Origin: Nitrosopumilaceae archaeon
GTDB lineage: Archaea > Thermoproteota > Nitrososphaeria > Nitrososphaerales > Nitrosopumilaceae
NCBI GenBank assembly: GCA_965200155.1
Contig: CBDATR010000034.1
Location: 174,849 to 238,848 of the forward strand
Length of the DNA: 64,000 nt
Direction: 5' to 3'
The notes under the pieces are model-generated. The model was not told the DNA's origin. It was given only the letters and a program-made list of their open reading frames with translations, and searched no databases. This document shows positions 22,478-32,523 of the stretch, in pieces (position 1 is the stretch's first letter; the number at the start of each line of letters is the position of its first letter). The translations under genes were made by a program, and so were the position numbers.

Positions 22478-23932
22478 CTATTCTACATAATGATGATGAA
22501 CCAAATCGTCATAAAATCTGACCGATTTTATATTTACAAATTCTAGCATTCCATACCTTGATAGCTCCCTTCCAAATCCACTATGCTTTATCCCGCCAAA
22601 TGGTATCCTGGGATCTGACACAACCACATTATTCACACTAACTATTCCCGACTCGATACGCCTGGATATCTTTTCTGCCTTCTGCAAGTTCTTTGTCCAT
22701 ATACTGGCGCCCAGACCAAACTCTATATCATTGGCAAACCTTATGGCCTCATTCTCGTCCTCGACTATAGTTATGGGAGCAACGGGCCCAAAGGTCTCCT
22801 CTTTTACAATCCTCATATTCGGCTCTATATTGGAAAGTATGGTCGGTTTGTAAAAGAATCCGTCCCTGTCCATCTGTGATCCTCCCAAGAGTATCTCTGC
22901 TCCCTTCTCTTTTGCATCTTCCACAATTCCCGAAATGGTATCAAGACTGTCTTTGCTTGAGAGAGGGCCAATATCTGTCTCCAGTAATGCAGGGTTCCCC
23001 ACTCTCAATTGTGATGCCTTTTTGATAAACGCCTCTATGAACTCCTCTGCAACGTTCTTGCTCACAAAGAACCGTTTTGATGCCACGCAGCTCTGGCCGC
23101 AATTGATGAATCTCCCCTTTACGGCACCCTCCGCCGCCTTCTCCACTTTTGCATCATCCAGTACTATGAAGGGGTCACTGCCACCAAGCTCCAGGACACA
23201 CTTTTTCAGGTTCCTGGCTGCCCTTTGGCCCACCTTTGCTCCTGCATTTGTACTGCCGGTAAAAGTGACAGCGTTCACGTCCGAGTCAATCAGGTGATTC
23301 GCCGAGTCCACACTACCCACTACCGTCTGAAATATTCCCTCGGGTATACCGGACTCGGTAAATGCCTTTTCGATCTCCAACCCGGACTGCAATGTAACCC
23401 TGGATGGCTTCATCACGATTACATTCCCGGCCATAAGACATGGCGCGGCAAATCTTAGTGCCTGCCAGTAGGGAAAGTTCCACGGCATAATTGAGCCTAT
23501 CGCGCCCAGCGGCTCAAACGTCAGAAAACTCTTTCTTGCATCTGTATTCAGGACCTCGTCTGACAGAAAGACATCGCCATGATCCGCATAAAATTCCAGG
23601 GCCCATGCACATTTTTCCACTTCACCTATGGACTCCTTGAGCACCTTTCCCATCTCGGCCGTTGCAACCCCTGCCAGTTCCTTCTTGTTCTTTTTCAGAT
23701 ACTCCACAAGGTTGTAGATGTGGACCCTGCGCTCCTCATAATCTCTCTTCCATTTCGGAAATGCAATCTGCGCCTTTCTGACCAGATCAAACACACTGTC
23801 TTTTCCCATGACATCATACGTGGCAATATCTTTCTCCGTTGCCGGATTCACTGTAGTTATCTGACTCAGAAATCCAAGTTCCCATAAAACGTATTTGTAT
23901 GTTTTTTCCCATGTCCTTTTACGCCTCTCCAC
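22478..23932 (-). CDS. NAD(P)-dependent succinate-semialdehyde dehydrogenase (ALDH family)
   Basis: MPWNFP, FTGST, LELGGSDP, NCGQSC, EETFGP, PFGG.K.SG.GRE; real start is probably near 23869 (SQITTVNPAT). Confidence 0.9.
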   Translation of the reverse strand: MERRKRTWEKTYKYVLWELGFLSQITTVNPATEKDIATYDVMGKDSVFDLVRKAQIAFPKWKRDYEERRVHIYNLVEYLKKNKKELAGVATAEMGKVLKESIGEVEKCAWALEFYADHGDVFLSDEVLNTDARKSFLTFEPLGAIGSIMPWNFPYWQALRFAAPCLMAGNVIVMKPSRVTLQSGLEIEKAFTESGIPEGIFQTVVGSVDSANHLIDSDVNAVTFTGSTNAGAKVGQRAARNLKKCVLELGGSDPFIVLDDAKVEKAAEGAVKGRFINCGQSCVASKRFFVSKNVAEEFIEAFIKKASQLRVGNPALLETDIGPLSSKDSLDTISGIVEDAKEKGAEILLGGSQMDRDGFFYKPTILSNIEPNMRIVKEETFGPVAPITIVEDENEAIRFANDIEFGLGASIWTKNLQKAEKISRRIESGIVSVNNVVVSDPRIPFGGIKHSGFGRELSRYGMLEFVNIKSVRFYDDLVHHHYVE

Positions 23933-23967
23933 ACTACCGAGTCATAAAACCGAGACCAGTCACAGCT

Positions 23968-24021
23968 GTATGAGTTCGCGCCTTGATTATGCAAGTGCAA
24001 TTTGTCCACATAAACTCATAC
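23968..24021. mobile_element. degenerate short MITE-A
   Basis: gtatgagtt...aactcatac ends; no TSD. Confidence 0.5.
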
Positions 24022-24113
24022 CATGAGAATGGCAGTAAACACGTGAAACTCATTCTGTTCCCTCATATGCTCTAGCACTGCCGTTACCGGACGAGAATGC
24101 GTGAACTGGTATA

Positions 24114-24296
24114 GTAGCCGTTTAGGTTGCTCAATTGATTCATGATACAATACGGTAAGCATGAACAAACCGGCAGGGGATTGTACCCGCCATCAATATG
24201 CCGTCCTACCTTGTTATGCAAGTGTTCTGAAATAACAGGATTCAGTCTCTGCCCTGGTGACACATGGAAAAATGATTGGTCAAACTAAACGGTTAC
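24114..24296. mobile_element. MITE-B (IS66-B TIR), 183 bp
   Basis: gtagccgtttagg...ctaaacggttac; body resembles 43429-43619. Confidence 0.65.
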
Positions 24297-24355
24297 CATA
24301 CTGAAGAAATACGCCTTTTCATATGGTTTAATAATTATAAGAAAACCATACGAGT

Positions 24356-24682
24356 ATGAGTGATGAGGAAGCGGCGGTTATTCCAGTAGAGGAGCCTGAA
24401 AAGGCAGAGGAGCATGATACAATATTTGTGGGTGGAAAACCGATAATGACTTATGTCAATGCCACTTTAACCCAGATAAAATCTGTCCCATCGGTAACAC
24501 TAAAGGCTCGGGGCCGCCGTATAAAACAGGCTGTGGATGTAGCCTTGACCATATCCAAACGCATGAATGCCGCCGGATACAGCATTGGGGATGTCCGCAT
24601 ATCGTCCAGTCCCATGGAGTCGCCGGACGGCAAGAACAGAAACATATCCACCATAGAGATTGTTATCCAAAAATCTTCCTAG
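24356..24682 (+). CDS. Alba DNA/RNA-binding protein
   Basis: IFVGGKPIMTYV, KARGR.I..AVDVA, NISTIEI. Confidence 0.9.
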   Translation: MSDEEAAVIPVEEPEKAEEHDTIFVGGKPIMTYVNATLTQIKSVPSVTLKARGRRIKQAVDVALTISKRMNAAGYSIGDVRISSSPMESPDGKNRNISTIEIVIQKSS

Positions 24683-24890
24683 ACGACTAATCTTGGGATT
24701 GGTGGCCGTCATAGCATTGGCCACCATATTTGCCACCCCGCCATGTTACGTGGAGACACAGGCACTTCAATTTGACATTGACCGATATTATGAGACCATG
24801 GATCCCGAGACCTGTGAAATACTGCTACATCGCATAATTGAGCATAACGAGCAGTGCAATGACAGCATTGAAATTTTGGACTGCGGCTAG
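24660..24890 (+). CDS. small hypothetical membrane-anchored protein
   Basis: N-terminal TM and C-terminal C...I...N..C..EILDCG. Confidence 0.55.
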   Translation: MLSKNLPRRLILGLVAVIALATIFATPPCYVETQALQFDIDRYYETMDPETCEILLHRIIEHNEQCNDSIEILDCG

Positions 24891-25810
24891 AGTAGAGCCG
24901 AGTACAGGAACGGTAGTATGGTGGTGGCCTCCGCATGCAGTGTAACCTGCCGTGCCTGGGTAGTTACCTTGCCCCACGAGACCGCTTCCCGTACTGGTGC
25001 ACCGCTGAGGCTACCGTCAAACTCCGCGGCAGTAGTTATGTATAATGCATAGTCCAGTCCTCCACGATACTGGTTCCACCATAATGTATGATGCTTTGAT
25101 ATACCTCCGCCTATCATGAGGGCCCCGGATTTCTTTGCTTTGAATACCATTGATGATAGCATCTCGCTATCTCCTGAAACATCCAGCATAAAGTCCTGGT
25201 GTTTCTGCGTGAACATCCATATCTGGCTACCAACCGAGCCATCCACTATGCCCGGCACTACAACCTTGGTGCCACTCTGCCGTGCGGCATACAGGAATGA
25301 CGACTCGCCAGTATTCTTTCCTATCATGTCACAAATGTCCGCTGTAGTCATCCGGCGCACACCGGATTCATATTCTTCCTTCAAGTACTGCTGAATCTTT
25401 TCCTCGATAAGGGGTCCATAGCTGGACATGGGGACTAGCACGTTTCCCAGTCTGTGTATATCCTTGTCTACTAAATCATAATCGTCCATGGTAAAGGAGC
25501 CCTTGTTATATGATGCAAAATATCTGGCAATATCATGATCCAGTGCGCCACAGGTGGTAATCACCACATCAAACCATCCTCGCCGTATCATGTCGTGTAT
25601 TATGCCTCGCAGACCGGTAGAAATGGTGGCCCCTACAAATGAAAGGAACCGTGTACAATCCGAATCCTGCAACATGGACTCCATTATGTCCAGACCTGCT
25701 GCCACATTAACCGACTGAAAACCTCCTGCCTCTCCCATCTGTTTTATGACATCTTTTATTGTAGAGCCGGAATCAATCACAATATCTTTTACAGCCTCGG
25801 ACTCCATCAT
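24887..25810 (-). CDS. dys: deoxyhypusine synthase
   Basis: ISTGLRG, TCGALDHD, GGGISKHH, DGSLSGA..REAVSWGK. Confidence 0.93.
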   Translation of the reverse strand: MMESEAVKDIVIDSGSTIKDVIKQMGEAGGFQSVNVAAGLDIMESMLQDSDCTRFLSFVGATISTGLRGIIHDMIRRGWFDVVITTCGALDHDIARYFASYNKGSFTMDDYDLVDKDIHRLGNVLVPMSSYGPLIEEKIQQYLKEEYESGVRRMTTADICDMIGKNTGESSFLYAARQSGTKVVVPGIVDGSVGSQIWMFTQKHQDFMLDVSGDSEMLSSMVFKAKKSGALMIGGGISKHHTLWWNQYRGGLDYALYITTAAEFDGSLSGAPVREAVSWGKVTTQARQVTLHAEATTILPFLYSALL

Positions 25811-25871
25811 TTCATGTCACCGGTCTAGGGTATAAAATTCTTGAACTGCTATAATAGCGATTGGAAGCGCC

Positions 25872-27113
25872 TCACCCATGCTTGTAATTGAATAGCCTGG
25901 CCGCCGCATTAACCAACTCCTTGTCATTATGCTCTGATGCTAGCCGTATCGCGCCGGTGGGCTCAGCTATCATGTTCTCCAGTATGGCGCGACTCATGTC
26001 GGTCATGATCTGTACGTGTCGCGGATCCTTCTCGCCCAGCATACGCAGCGCCTTTGCAAGCTCCCGTTCCCGTATCCTGTCCATGCCCTGGAATATGTGG
26101 CTGATTAGCGGCTCGGCCTCCAGCCTGTGCATGGATGCCTCAAGGGCCGGGACCTCATCTGTAATGGCATTTCTTATGGTTTGGGCCTTGCGAGAACGAT
26201 CCTTGAGGTTGCGCTCAACCATCTCGCCTATCTGATCCAAATTCATTAGCTTGATTCCCGGTATATTGGCAATACGCTCATCAACGGCTCTGGGATTGGA
26301 GAGATCCAGTATCATGCTGCCCCTTGTATTATCCTGTGATGCTTTTACCGCGTCATATGCTACCAAAAAGTAGGGCGCCGTAGTTGCCACAAACATCACA
26401 TCATATCTTCTAAAGTCGCCCAGCACATCCTCAAAGCGTACGGGAGTGCCGCCTACAGTATCACAAAATGCGGCAGCCCGTCTTAAAGTCCGGCTGGTCA
26501 CATCAAAGTTATACTCCCGGCGCAGCAGGGATTTTGCCACCAGTGTGGAGACCTCGCCTGTACCTATAACCAGCAGTCTTTTGGACTTCATATGATCCAC
26601 ATGCTCTTCTGCCAGTTTCACTGCCATGGAACCTACAGAGACTCCGGTGTGGCCTATTCCGGTATTATTCCGTACACGGGTTCCAATCCTTGTGGCACTG
26701 TCAAATAATTTGTTCAGGTACAACCCAGATGCTCCAGCATCCCGGGCTTGTGTTATGGCGTCTTTTACCTGGCCCAATACCTGTTCCTCGCCCAATACCA
26801 TGGAATCCAGTCCCGATGCCAACATAAGCAGGTGCTCAATGGCTTTTGCATCCTCGCCTGTAATCATTTCCCTAAACTCTTCTGCATCCAGTCCCGTCAG
26901 CTCCGCCCATGCCTTGGTTATGGCGGTATAGTCTGTATCGGTAGCCCGCCCATACAGCTCTATTCTATTACACGTCTGCACCAGGACGCATTCATCAAGG
27001 CCGCTCTCCTGGAATTTTTGATACGCCTTGATAGGGTCCTTGATTATAAACTTTTCCAGTCTGTGAACTGGTATTCTGTGATACGTCATGCGTGCATTCA
27101 GTATGTGCGTCAT
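25872..27113 (-). CDS. hemA: glutamyl-tRNA reductase
   Basis: QTCNRIE, SGLDSMVLGEEQVLGQVK, DLSNPR. Confidence 0.94.
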   Translation of the reverse strand: MTHILNARMTYHRIPVHRLEKFIIKDPIKAYQKFQESGLDECVLVQTCNRIELYGRATDTDYTAITKAWAELTGLDAEEFREMITGEDAKAIEHLLMLASGLDSMVLGEEQVLGQVKDAITQARDAGASGLYLNKLFDSATRIGTRVRNNTGIGHTGVSVGSMAVKLAEEHVDHMKSKRLLVIGTGEVSTLVAKSLLRREYNFDVTSRTLRRAAAFCDTVGGTPVRFEDVLGDFRRYDVMFVATTAPYFLVAYDAVKASQDNTRGSMILDLSNPRAVDERIANIPGIKLMNLDQIGEMVERNLKDRSRKAQTIRNAITDEVPALEASMHRLEAEPLISHIFQGMDRIRERELAKALRMLGEKDPRHVQIMTDMSRAILENMIAEPTGAIRLASEHNDKELVNAAARLFNYKHG

Positions 27114-27634
27114 GTGTCCTCTCCCTGTGGGCGCGGGTTCTTCTGTATCATTCGCTCAAAGTCACGACCCATGGCGTTCACTATTCTGTCCCGGATGTCT
27201 CTCGCGGCTACAGGACTCCTGCCCCCCGTGGACACTGCAACCCGTACCCCGTTCCTCTCGGCTACTGCCACATGCGCATAATCGCTGATATCCGGATCAC
27301 TGGCACTGTATGATATTATCCCCCGCGTCTTGGCATCATTCACCAAAAGGCGGTTCAGTTTGTGGTTGCTGGTCGCGGCTACCAGCAAATCCGGCCTAAC
27401 CCTGTCCAGTACCGACTCGTCTGAAACATTGCCTTGCATCAACTCTACCTGGCCATCCTTGGCCATACTCATTATGTCATCGGAGTATACCGGACTGGCT
27501 ATTGTTACATGGCACCCTTCCTTTGCCATCATTATTGCCTTGCGGGTGGCCTGCTTCCCGCCACCTATTACAAGCGCAGACTTAGAATCAATTCTAAGAT
27601 CCACCATCATTATATCGCGAACTTGGCGTTTCAT
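27110..27634 (-). CDS. sirC: precorrin-2 dehydrogenase / sirohaem synthase N-terminal domain
   Basis: LVIGGG..A.RK, AATS...N, VSTGGRSP. Confidence 0.85.
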   Translation of the reverse strand: MKRQVRDIMMVDLRIDSKSALVIGGGKQATRKAIMMAKEGCHVTIASPVYSDDIMSMAKDGQVELMQGNVSDESVLDRVRPDLLVAATSNHKLNRLLVNDAKTRGIISYSASDPDISDYAHVAVAERNGVRVAVSTGGRSPVAARDIRDRIVNAMGRDFERMIQKNPRPQGEDT

Positions 27635-27743
27635 ATTTATATATTAAAACCCTAGAAGGTGACCATCGTGCCATATAGATGACCATTTGATAATATGTGG
27701 CAAACTTCATAACAGTGAAATATCTAAAAGAGGTTGTAAGTAC

Positions 27744-28034
27744 ATGGCTACTGCTCTTATTATCCCCCTAATGCTAGCAGGAATCGCGGGACTGGCAGGA
27801 TATTTGCTATATCGGTACGTTGTCTTTGATGCCATGTGCAAGAACTCGGTTAATCGTATACTGCGCAATTATGACATACGCAAGACACCCGCGCAGATAG
27901 TGCGGGAGTTCCACGAGATACAGGGAGAGAAAATATCCGAGAGCCGTGTTAAAACCTTGGTAAAGATGTACAGGCAGACTAACCCGGATCAATTCCTGGA
28001 AATGTATGACGCCATACGTGAGAGAAGAAAGTAG
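27744..28034 (+). CDS. conserved hypothetical membrane protein
   Basis: N-terminal TM; YDI.KTP.QI, PDQFL.MYD. Confidence 0.7.
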   Translation: MATALIIPLMLAGIAGLAGYLLYRYVVFDAMCKNSVNRILRNYDIRKTPAQIVREFHEIQGEKISESRVKTLVKMYRQTNPDQFLEMYDAIRERRK

Positions 28035-28066
28035 GTAGACAATATTCTATAGAATCACTCTGGCAC

Positions 28067-29123
28067 TCAATAGTACGAAAAGTAAGTCCGCTTAGGATCC
28101 GGCGTACAGTAGTTCAGATTGCACAAGCCAGATGGTAAAGAGAATAACAGAGGAATCAAGACAAAAGAGGCGTTGCCACAACCAAAATAGCTCAAGACCT
28201 GAGACAAGACACATACGAAGATTGTGAACCAGAGAACGGGAACGACTCAAGATGGGCAGGCCCATGATACCAATCACCGCCACCCAGATACGAATGGTAA
28301 CTGAAGCATACAGCAAGGATCCCGCCGGAGTAGTACGTATTGCAAAGAGGCTTAGACAGAATTACAATATATCGCGCAGTATATCGCATAATGAAAAAGA
28401 ACGGTACGACAGTCTCATCACCTGCAGAGTGGGTACGCTATGAGCGTAAATATTCCAATGCAATGTGGCACTGCCATGTCATGAAAAGATGAGCGCTTCA
28501 GGGGACTGAATCTCATAGATGATGCATCCAGGTGTATAGTCGGAGCTGCACTATTCTAGCATGCAACCTCAGAGAACGCCACTCTATTACTGAGATTGGC
28601 AATAAAACGATTCGGCGCCCCTGCATCTCGGATAACGGCGCGTGTTTCGTAGGACAATAAAAGGGCAAAAAGAACTGGAAACCCACTATTCTAGGAAGAA
28701 CTGCTGAATCAAGACATCATACTAATCAATTCCAGACCATACCACCCGCAGACAAATGGCAAACTGGAGCGCTTCCATGGAATGATTGAGGACGAGGGGA
28801 CTCTTATTTAAGAGTCCAATGAGATATAGCATTATGACAGTATGAGTTCACCTGTGTCTAAATTTACGCACAACTGATGGAACAGGTTGTTCTAGTTAAT
28901 GTGATTTGTGCACAAGATTCCGGAAGACGTGAACTCATACTTATGACAGTCTCCGGGATTATATCGACTACTACAATGAGAGAAGGTTGCACTTCTCACT
29001 GGATAGATAACGGCGAAACACCACTCCAGGAATAAAAAGGCGACCCAGATAATTATAGCAAATGATACAAAATGGATGGAGCGGGATGCCAATTACTAGC
29101 GGACCCACTTTTCATACATTACA
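28067..29123 (+). mobile_element. IS481-family element, degenerate (copy 3)
   Basis: Both ends present; 15-bp TSD gaatcactctggc(a/g)c. Confidence 0.88.
28840..28940 (+). mobile_element. MITE-A (101 bp)
   Basis: TSD ttatgaca. Confidence 0.9.
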
Positions 29124-29175
29124 GAATCACTCTGGCGCCACAAACGTTTAATGTCGCATGTTATGGTTAAAATCC

Positions 29176-29295
29176 GGAGGAGTGATCGAGCCCGGCCAAA
29201 GTGGTCTATAGACCCTTGGAGATGCAGGACTTAAGATCAAAAAATGGGAGATCCTGTCTTTTAGGAGTTCGCGGGTTCAAATCCCGCCTCCTCCA
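29176..29295 (+). tRNA. tRNA-Leu(UAA) with two introns (about 29202-29221 in the D-arm; 29236-29250 at 37/38)
   Basis: Acceptor GGAGGAG/CTCCTCC-A, anticodon stem CAGGA/TCCTG around TAA, long variable arm, GTTCAAAT T-loop. Confidence 0.85.
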
Positions 29296-29296
29296 T

Positions 29297-29683
29297 CTAC
29301 TTGGGAACCTTGACTCCCTTGGCGATTAGCGATTCATAGACGTCTGGCAAAGCTAGCGCGTATCCTACATGCATACAGTTGGCCTCTTCACATAGCTGGC
29401 AGAATAGTATGCCATTTTGTATGACTACCTCTGCCACCCTGTTTCTTTCGTTGTCCAGTAGAATTACGCGGTCCTCATCCACAGACACCTTCTTCATTAG
29501 TGGCGCATGACGCGCCAGCAACTCGTTCTCCTGCATCCGCTCCTCTAGCATGTATGATACGTATCCTGAGAGGCTACGGATGCCCTTGTACGCTAGGGCG
29601 TCCCTGTTCTTGGTATATGTCTCGCTGAATCGGTTATACACGGACTCCGATACCGTGATTGATTTGAATCCTTCTTTCGGCAA
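29297..29683 (-). CDS. conserved thaumarchaeal hypothetical protein
   Basis: MPK.GFKSITVSE.VY start; C..C...C.H motif. Confidence 0.75.
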   Translation of the reverse strand: MPKEGFKSITVSESVYNRFSETYTKNRDALAYKGIRSLSGYVSYMLEERMQENELLARHAPLMKKVSVDEDRVILLDNERNRVAEVVIQNGILFCQLCEEANCMHVGYALALPDVYESLIAKGVKVPK

Positions 29684-29795
29684 TTTACATCACTACTTGG
29701 TATAGTATGGTACTGCTATATATTATTTACTTCATAAGATTGTACTTTTAATTATGTCCAATGGGCATAAATGTGAGACTATTATAGTAATTGTA

Positions 29796-31070
29796 ATGGG
29801 CGCCAAAACTCACGATGTTGTAGGACTAAATTCGAAAATGGTGGGCCAGAGTGTGGTACTGGGAGGATGGATCGAGGATCTCCGAAAAATGGGCAAGATG
29901 ACCTTTGCCACACTGCGTGACGCGTCCGGACGCTGCCAGGTCATAGCCAAGGGCGAGGCTGCCGTAAAGATGGATGAGATAAGCAGACAGAGCGTGGTCT
30001 TGGTAGAGGGCGTGATACAGGATACCCGGGCCCGGGACTTTGAGTTTGAGATTGCCGCAAACACCATAACTCTGCTGAGTCCTGCCGTTCATCCATTACC
30101 GGTTGATCCCATGGGCAGACTGGAGAGCAATATAGACACGCGATTAAATCACAGGGCCCTTGATATGAGGAATCCAAAGACCGCGGCCATATTTCGCATG
30201 CGACATGTTGCATTACAGTCCATACGCCGGACACTCTCTGATCAGTTCACCGAGATAACCACCCCCAAGGTAATAGGCAGTGCCAGCGAGGGTGGCGCCG
30301 ATTTGTTCTCCTTGGAGTATTTCGGGAGAACGGCGTATCTGGCGCAGAGTCCACAGCTGTACAAGGAGCAGATGACGCTGGGCTTGGAGCGGGTATTTGA
30401 GGTCTCGAGTTTTTACAGGGCGGAGAACTCGCATACGGGCCGCCACTTAACGGAGTTTACCAGTGTTGATGTGGAGGCTGCCTTTATGGATTATAATGAC
30501 GTCATGAATGTCTTGGAGACTCTTGTGGTGCAGGTGTATCAGGATGTATCCACGCAGTGCTCTGCGGATCTGGAGTTACGGAATCACACACTGGATGTAC
30601 CATCAGGTCCCTTTGATGTAATCACGTATAGTGATGCCATAAATGATCTGGCACGTGACGGTATAGAGCTGGAGTTTGGCGATGATCTCCAGGATTCACA
30701 CCTGCATATACTGGGCAAGCGCCATCCGGGATTCTTCTTTTTGACCGACTGGCCGCTTAAACTAAAGCCCTTTTATATAATGGGGAAGAACGGTGAGCTC
30801 TCCGAGTCCTTTGACTTGCAGTATGGGTATCTGGAGTTGTCCTCGGGCGGAACGCGACTGCACGATCCTGATATCATAAAGACACGATTGCGGGAGCAGG
30901 ACCTGAGTCCGGACAACTTCCAGAATCACCTGGACACATTCTGCTGGGGAATGCCACCTCATGCGGGATGGGGTCTTGGCATGGACAGGTTGATGACTAT
31001 TCTGTCGGGCGCATCCAATGTCCGGGAGACAGTACTGTATCCCAGGGATCCCGACCGCCTCCTGCCCTGA
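29796..31070 (+). CDS. aspS: aspartyl-tRNA synthetase (archaeal, likely non-discriminating)
   Basis: SASEGGA, YLAQSPQLYKE, RAENS.T.RHL.EF, MPPHAGWGLG. Confidence 0.94.
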   Translation: MGAKTHDVVGLNSKMVGQSVVLGGWIEDLRKMGKMTFATLRDASGRCQVIAKGEAAVKMDEISRQSVVLVEGVIQDTRARDFEFEIAANTITLLSPAVHPLPVDPMGRLESNIDTRLNHRALDMRNPKTAAIFRMRHVALQSIRRTLSDQFTEITTPKVIGSASEGGADLFSLEYFGRTAYLAQSPQLYKEQMTLGLERVFEVSSFYRAENSHTGRHLTEFTSVDVEAAFMDYNDVMNVLETLVVQVYQDVSTQCSADLELRNHTLDVPSGPFDVITYSDAINDLARDGIELEFGDDLQDSHLHILGKRHPGFFFLTDWPLKLKPFYIMGKNGELSESFDLQYGYLELSSGGTRLHDPDIIKTRLREQDLSPDNFQNHLDTFCWGMPPHAGWGLGMDRLMTILSGASNVRETVLYPRDPDRLLP

Positions 31071-31110
31071 TGCATCACCATTATAACAGGCCGTCTGTAT
31101 ATAATGGGAA

Positions 31111-31356
31111 ATGCTGGACAGAGATGATGCCAAAAAGGTGGCAGAAGCACTAGCGCAGGAGCTCTATGGGGTATCCAAGAATCAAAAGAATTTTGCCGGA
31201 CTGCCCGACAAGTACTGGGGCTATTATGCCCGGGGGCGGCACAAGGAGGGGGTATTTGGCATGATTGTCATGTACTCTGAATCCGGCGACGACATTGATA
31301 ATATCATGAAGCAGCACGAAAAGTGGCTCTCGGAGAATACTAGCGCGTCTCCATGA
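31111..31356 (+). CDS. hypothetical protein
   Basis: 81-aa ORF with plausible composition between intact genes. Confidence 0.65.
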   Translation: MLDRDDAKKVAEALAQELYGVSKNQKNFAGLPDKYWGYYARGRHKEGVFGMIVMYSESGDDIDNIMKQHEKWLSENTSASP

Positions 31357-31471
31357 GGAGGCGGCGGTCACGCTGGCACTGCTTGCATATGGGCTTGCCC
31401 TTGTACGCGGGGTTCCCGTTCCTGATTCTGCCGGTACCGGGTTTGTCCTTGCATATGACACAATTCGCCAT
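31340..31471 (-). CDS. small Cys-rich (CxxC...CxxC) protein, 43 aa, coupled to leuB
   Basis: MANCVICKDKPGTGRIRNGNPAYKGKPICKQCQRDRRLLMETR; ATG overlaps the leuB stop. Confidence 0.7.
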   Translation of the reverse strand: MANCVICKDKPGTGRIRNGNPAYKGKPICKQCQRDRRLLMETR

Positions 31472-32523
31472 TATCCATCCGCCCACTGCCTGGTATTTCT
31501 ACCTGTCCTTATACGTTCTATTATTTTGTGGGTGAATTCCTCAGTGCTTAGCTTGCCGCCAATATCTCTTGTGCAAAGACCGCTACCCACTACATGACAA
31601 ATGACCGATTCCAGTAATGAGGCTGCACTATTGCAATTCTCGTCATTATTAGTAGTTGCAAGCCACTGCAACATCATTACGATAGATAGCAGAAAGGAGC
31701 ACGGATTTGCCCACCCTTTGCCAGCTATGTCAAAGGCGGCACCGTGTACGGGCTCGAACAGGGCAAAGTCATCGCCTATGTTGGCGGCCGGTGCCATGCC
31801 CAAACCCCCTGTCACCTGTGATGATTCATCCGATAGTATGTCACCAAACATGTTGGTAGTGACTATTACGTCAAACTGCTCCGGCTGCCGTATGAGATTC
31901 ATGGCACATGCATCCACATACATGCTCTCAAATGTTATATCGGGATACTTTTGCGCCACCTTGCTACATGTATCATAAAAGAGGCCGTCGGTGACACGCA
32001 TAACATTGGACTTGTGTACGCAGGTGACCTTCCTTGCGCTTCGTTGCATTGCCATCTTAAAGGCCTTTGTTGCTATGCGCCTGGACGCCTCATAAGTTAT
32101 AATACGCAGGGCCGCGGCACCACCCTCCACCTCGAATTCCTTGCCCGTGTATAGATCCTCGGTATTCTCGCGAACTATGACCATGTCAATGTCATTTCGC
32201 AGGCTGGCCACTCCCGGGTATGATCGCGCGGGCCGTATGTTGGCGTACAGGTCTAGCATGCGACGGAGGGCCACTATCACGTCCGCCGCAGACTCTCCAA
32301 CCGGCGCCTTGAGACAGGCATCCGATTCCTTTATGATTTTAATGGTATCCTCGGGCAGCGCCTTGCCAGTGTCCTGCAGGGCGCCATCGCCAGCCTGAAC
32401 CGGATGTACATTGAATACTATACCGGTGGTGGTCGAGAGCGCATCTAGTGCGGCAATCCCGGACTCTGAGAGTTCCGGCCCTATCCCGTCACCTGTGATT
32501 AGTGATATGTTGTACTCTCTCAT
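31471..32523 (-). CDS. leuB: 3-isopropylmalate dehydrogenase family
   Basis: GDGIGPE, RENTEDLY, NMFGDILSD, FEPVHG; operon context. Confidence 0.85.
   Translation of the reverse strand: MREYNISLITGDGIGPELSESGIAALDALSTTTGIVFNVHPVQAGDGALQDTGKALPEDTIKIIKESDACLKAPVGESAADVIVALRRMLDLYANIRPARSYPGVASLRNDIDMVIVRENTEDLYTGKEFEVEGGAAALRIITYEASRRIATKAFKMAMQRSARKVTCVHKSNVMRVTDGLFYDTCSKVAQKYPDITFESMYVDACAMNLIRQPEQFDVIVTTNMFGDILSDESSQVTGGLGMAPAANIGDDFALFEPVHGAAFDIAGKGWANPCSFLLSIVMMLQWLATTNNDENCNSAASLLESVICHVVGSGLCTRDIGGKLSTEEFTHKIIERIRTGRNTRQWADG

Noticed and set aside
22478-23932. SSADH as transposon cargo between gtatgagtt ends
   Set aside because: No shared TSD around it, and the gene is a usual AOA gene; I could not show a compositional anomaly by eye.
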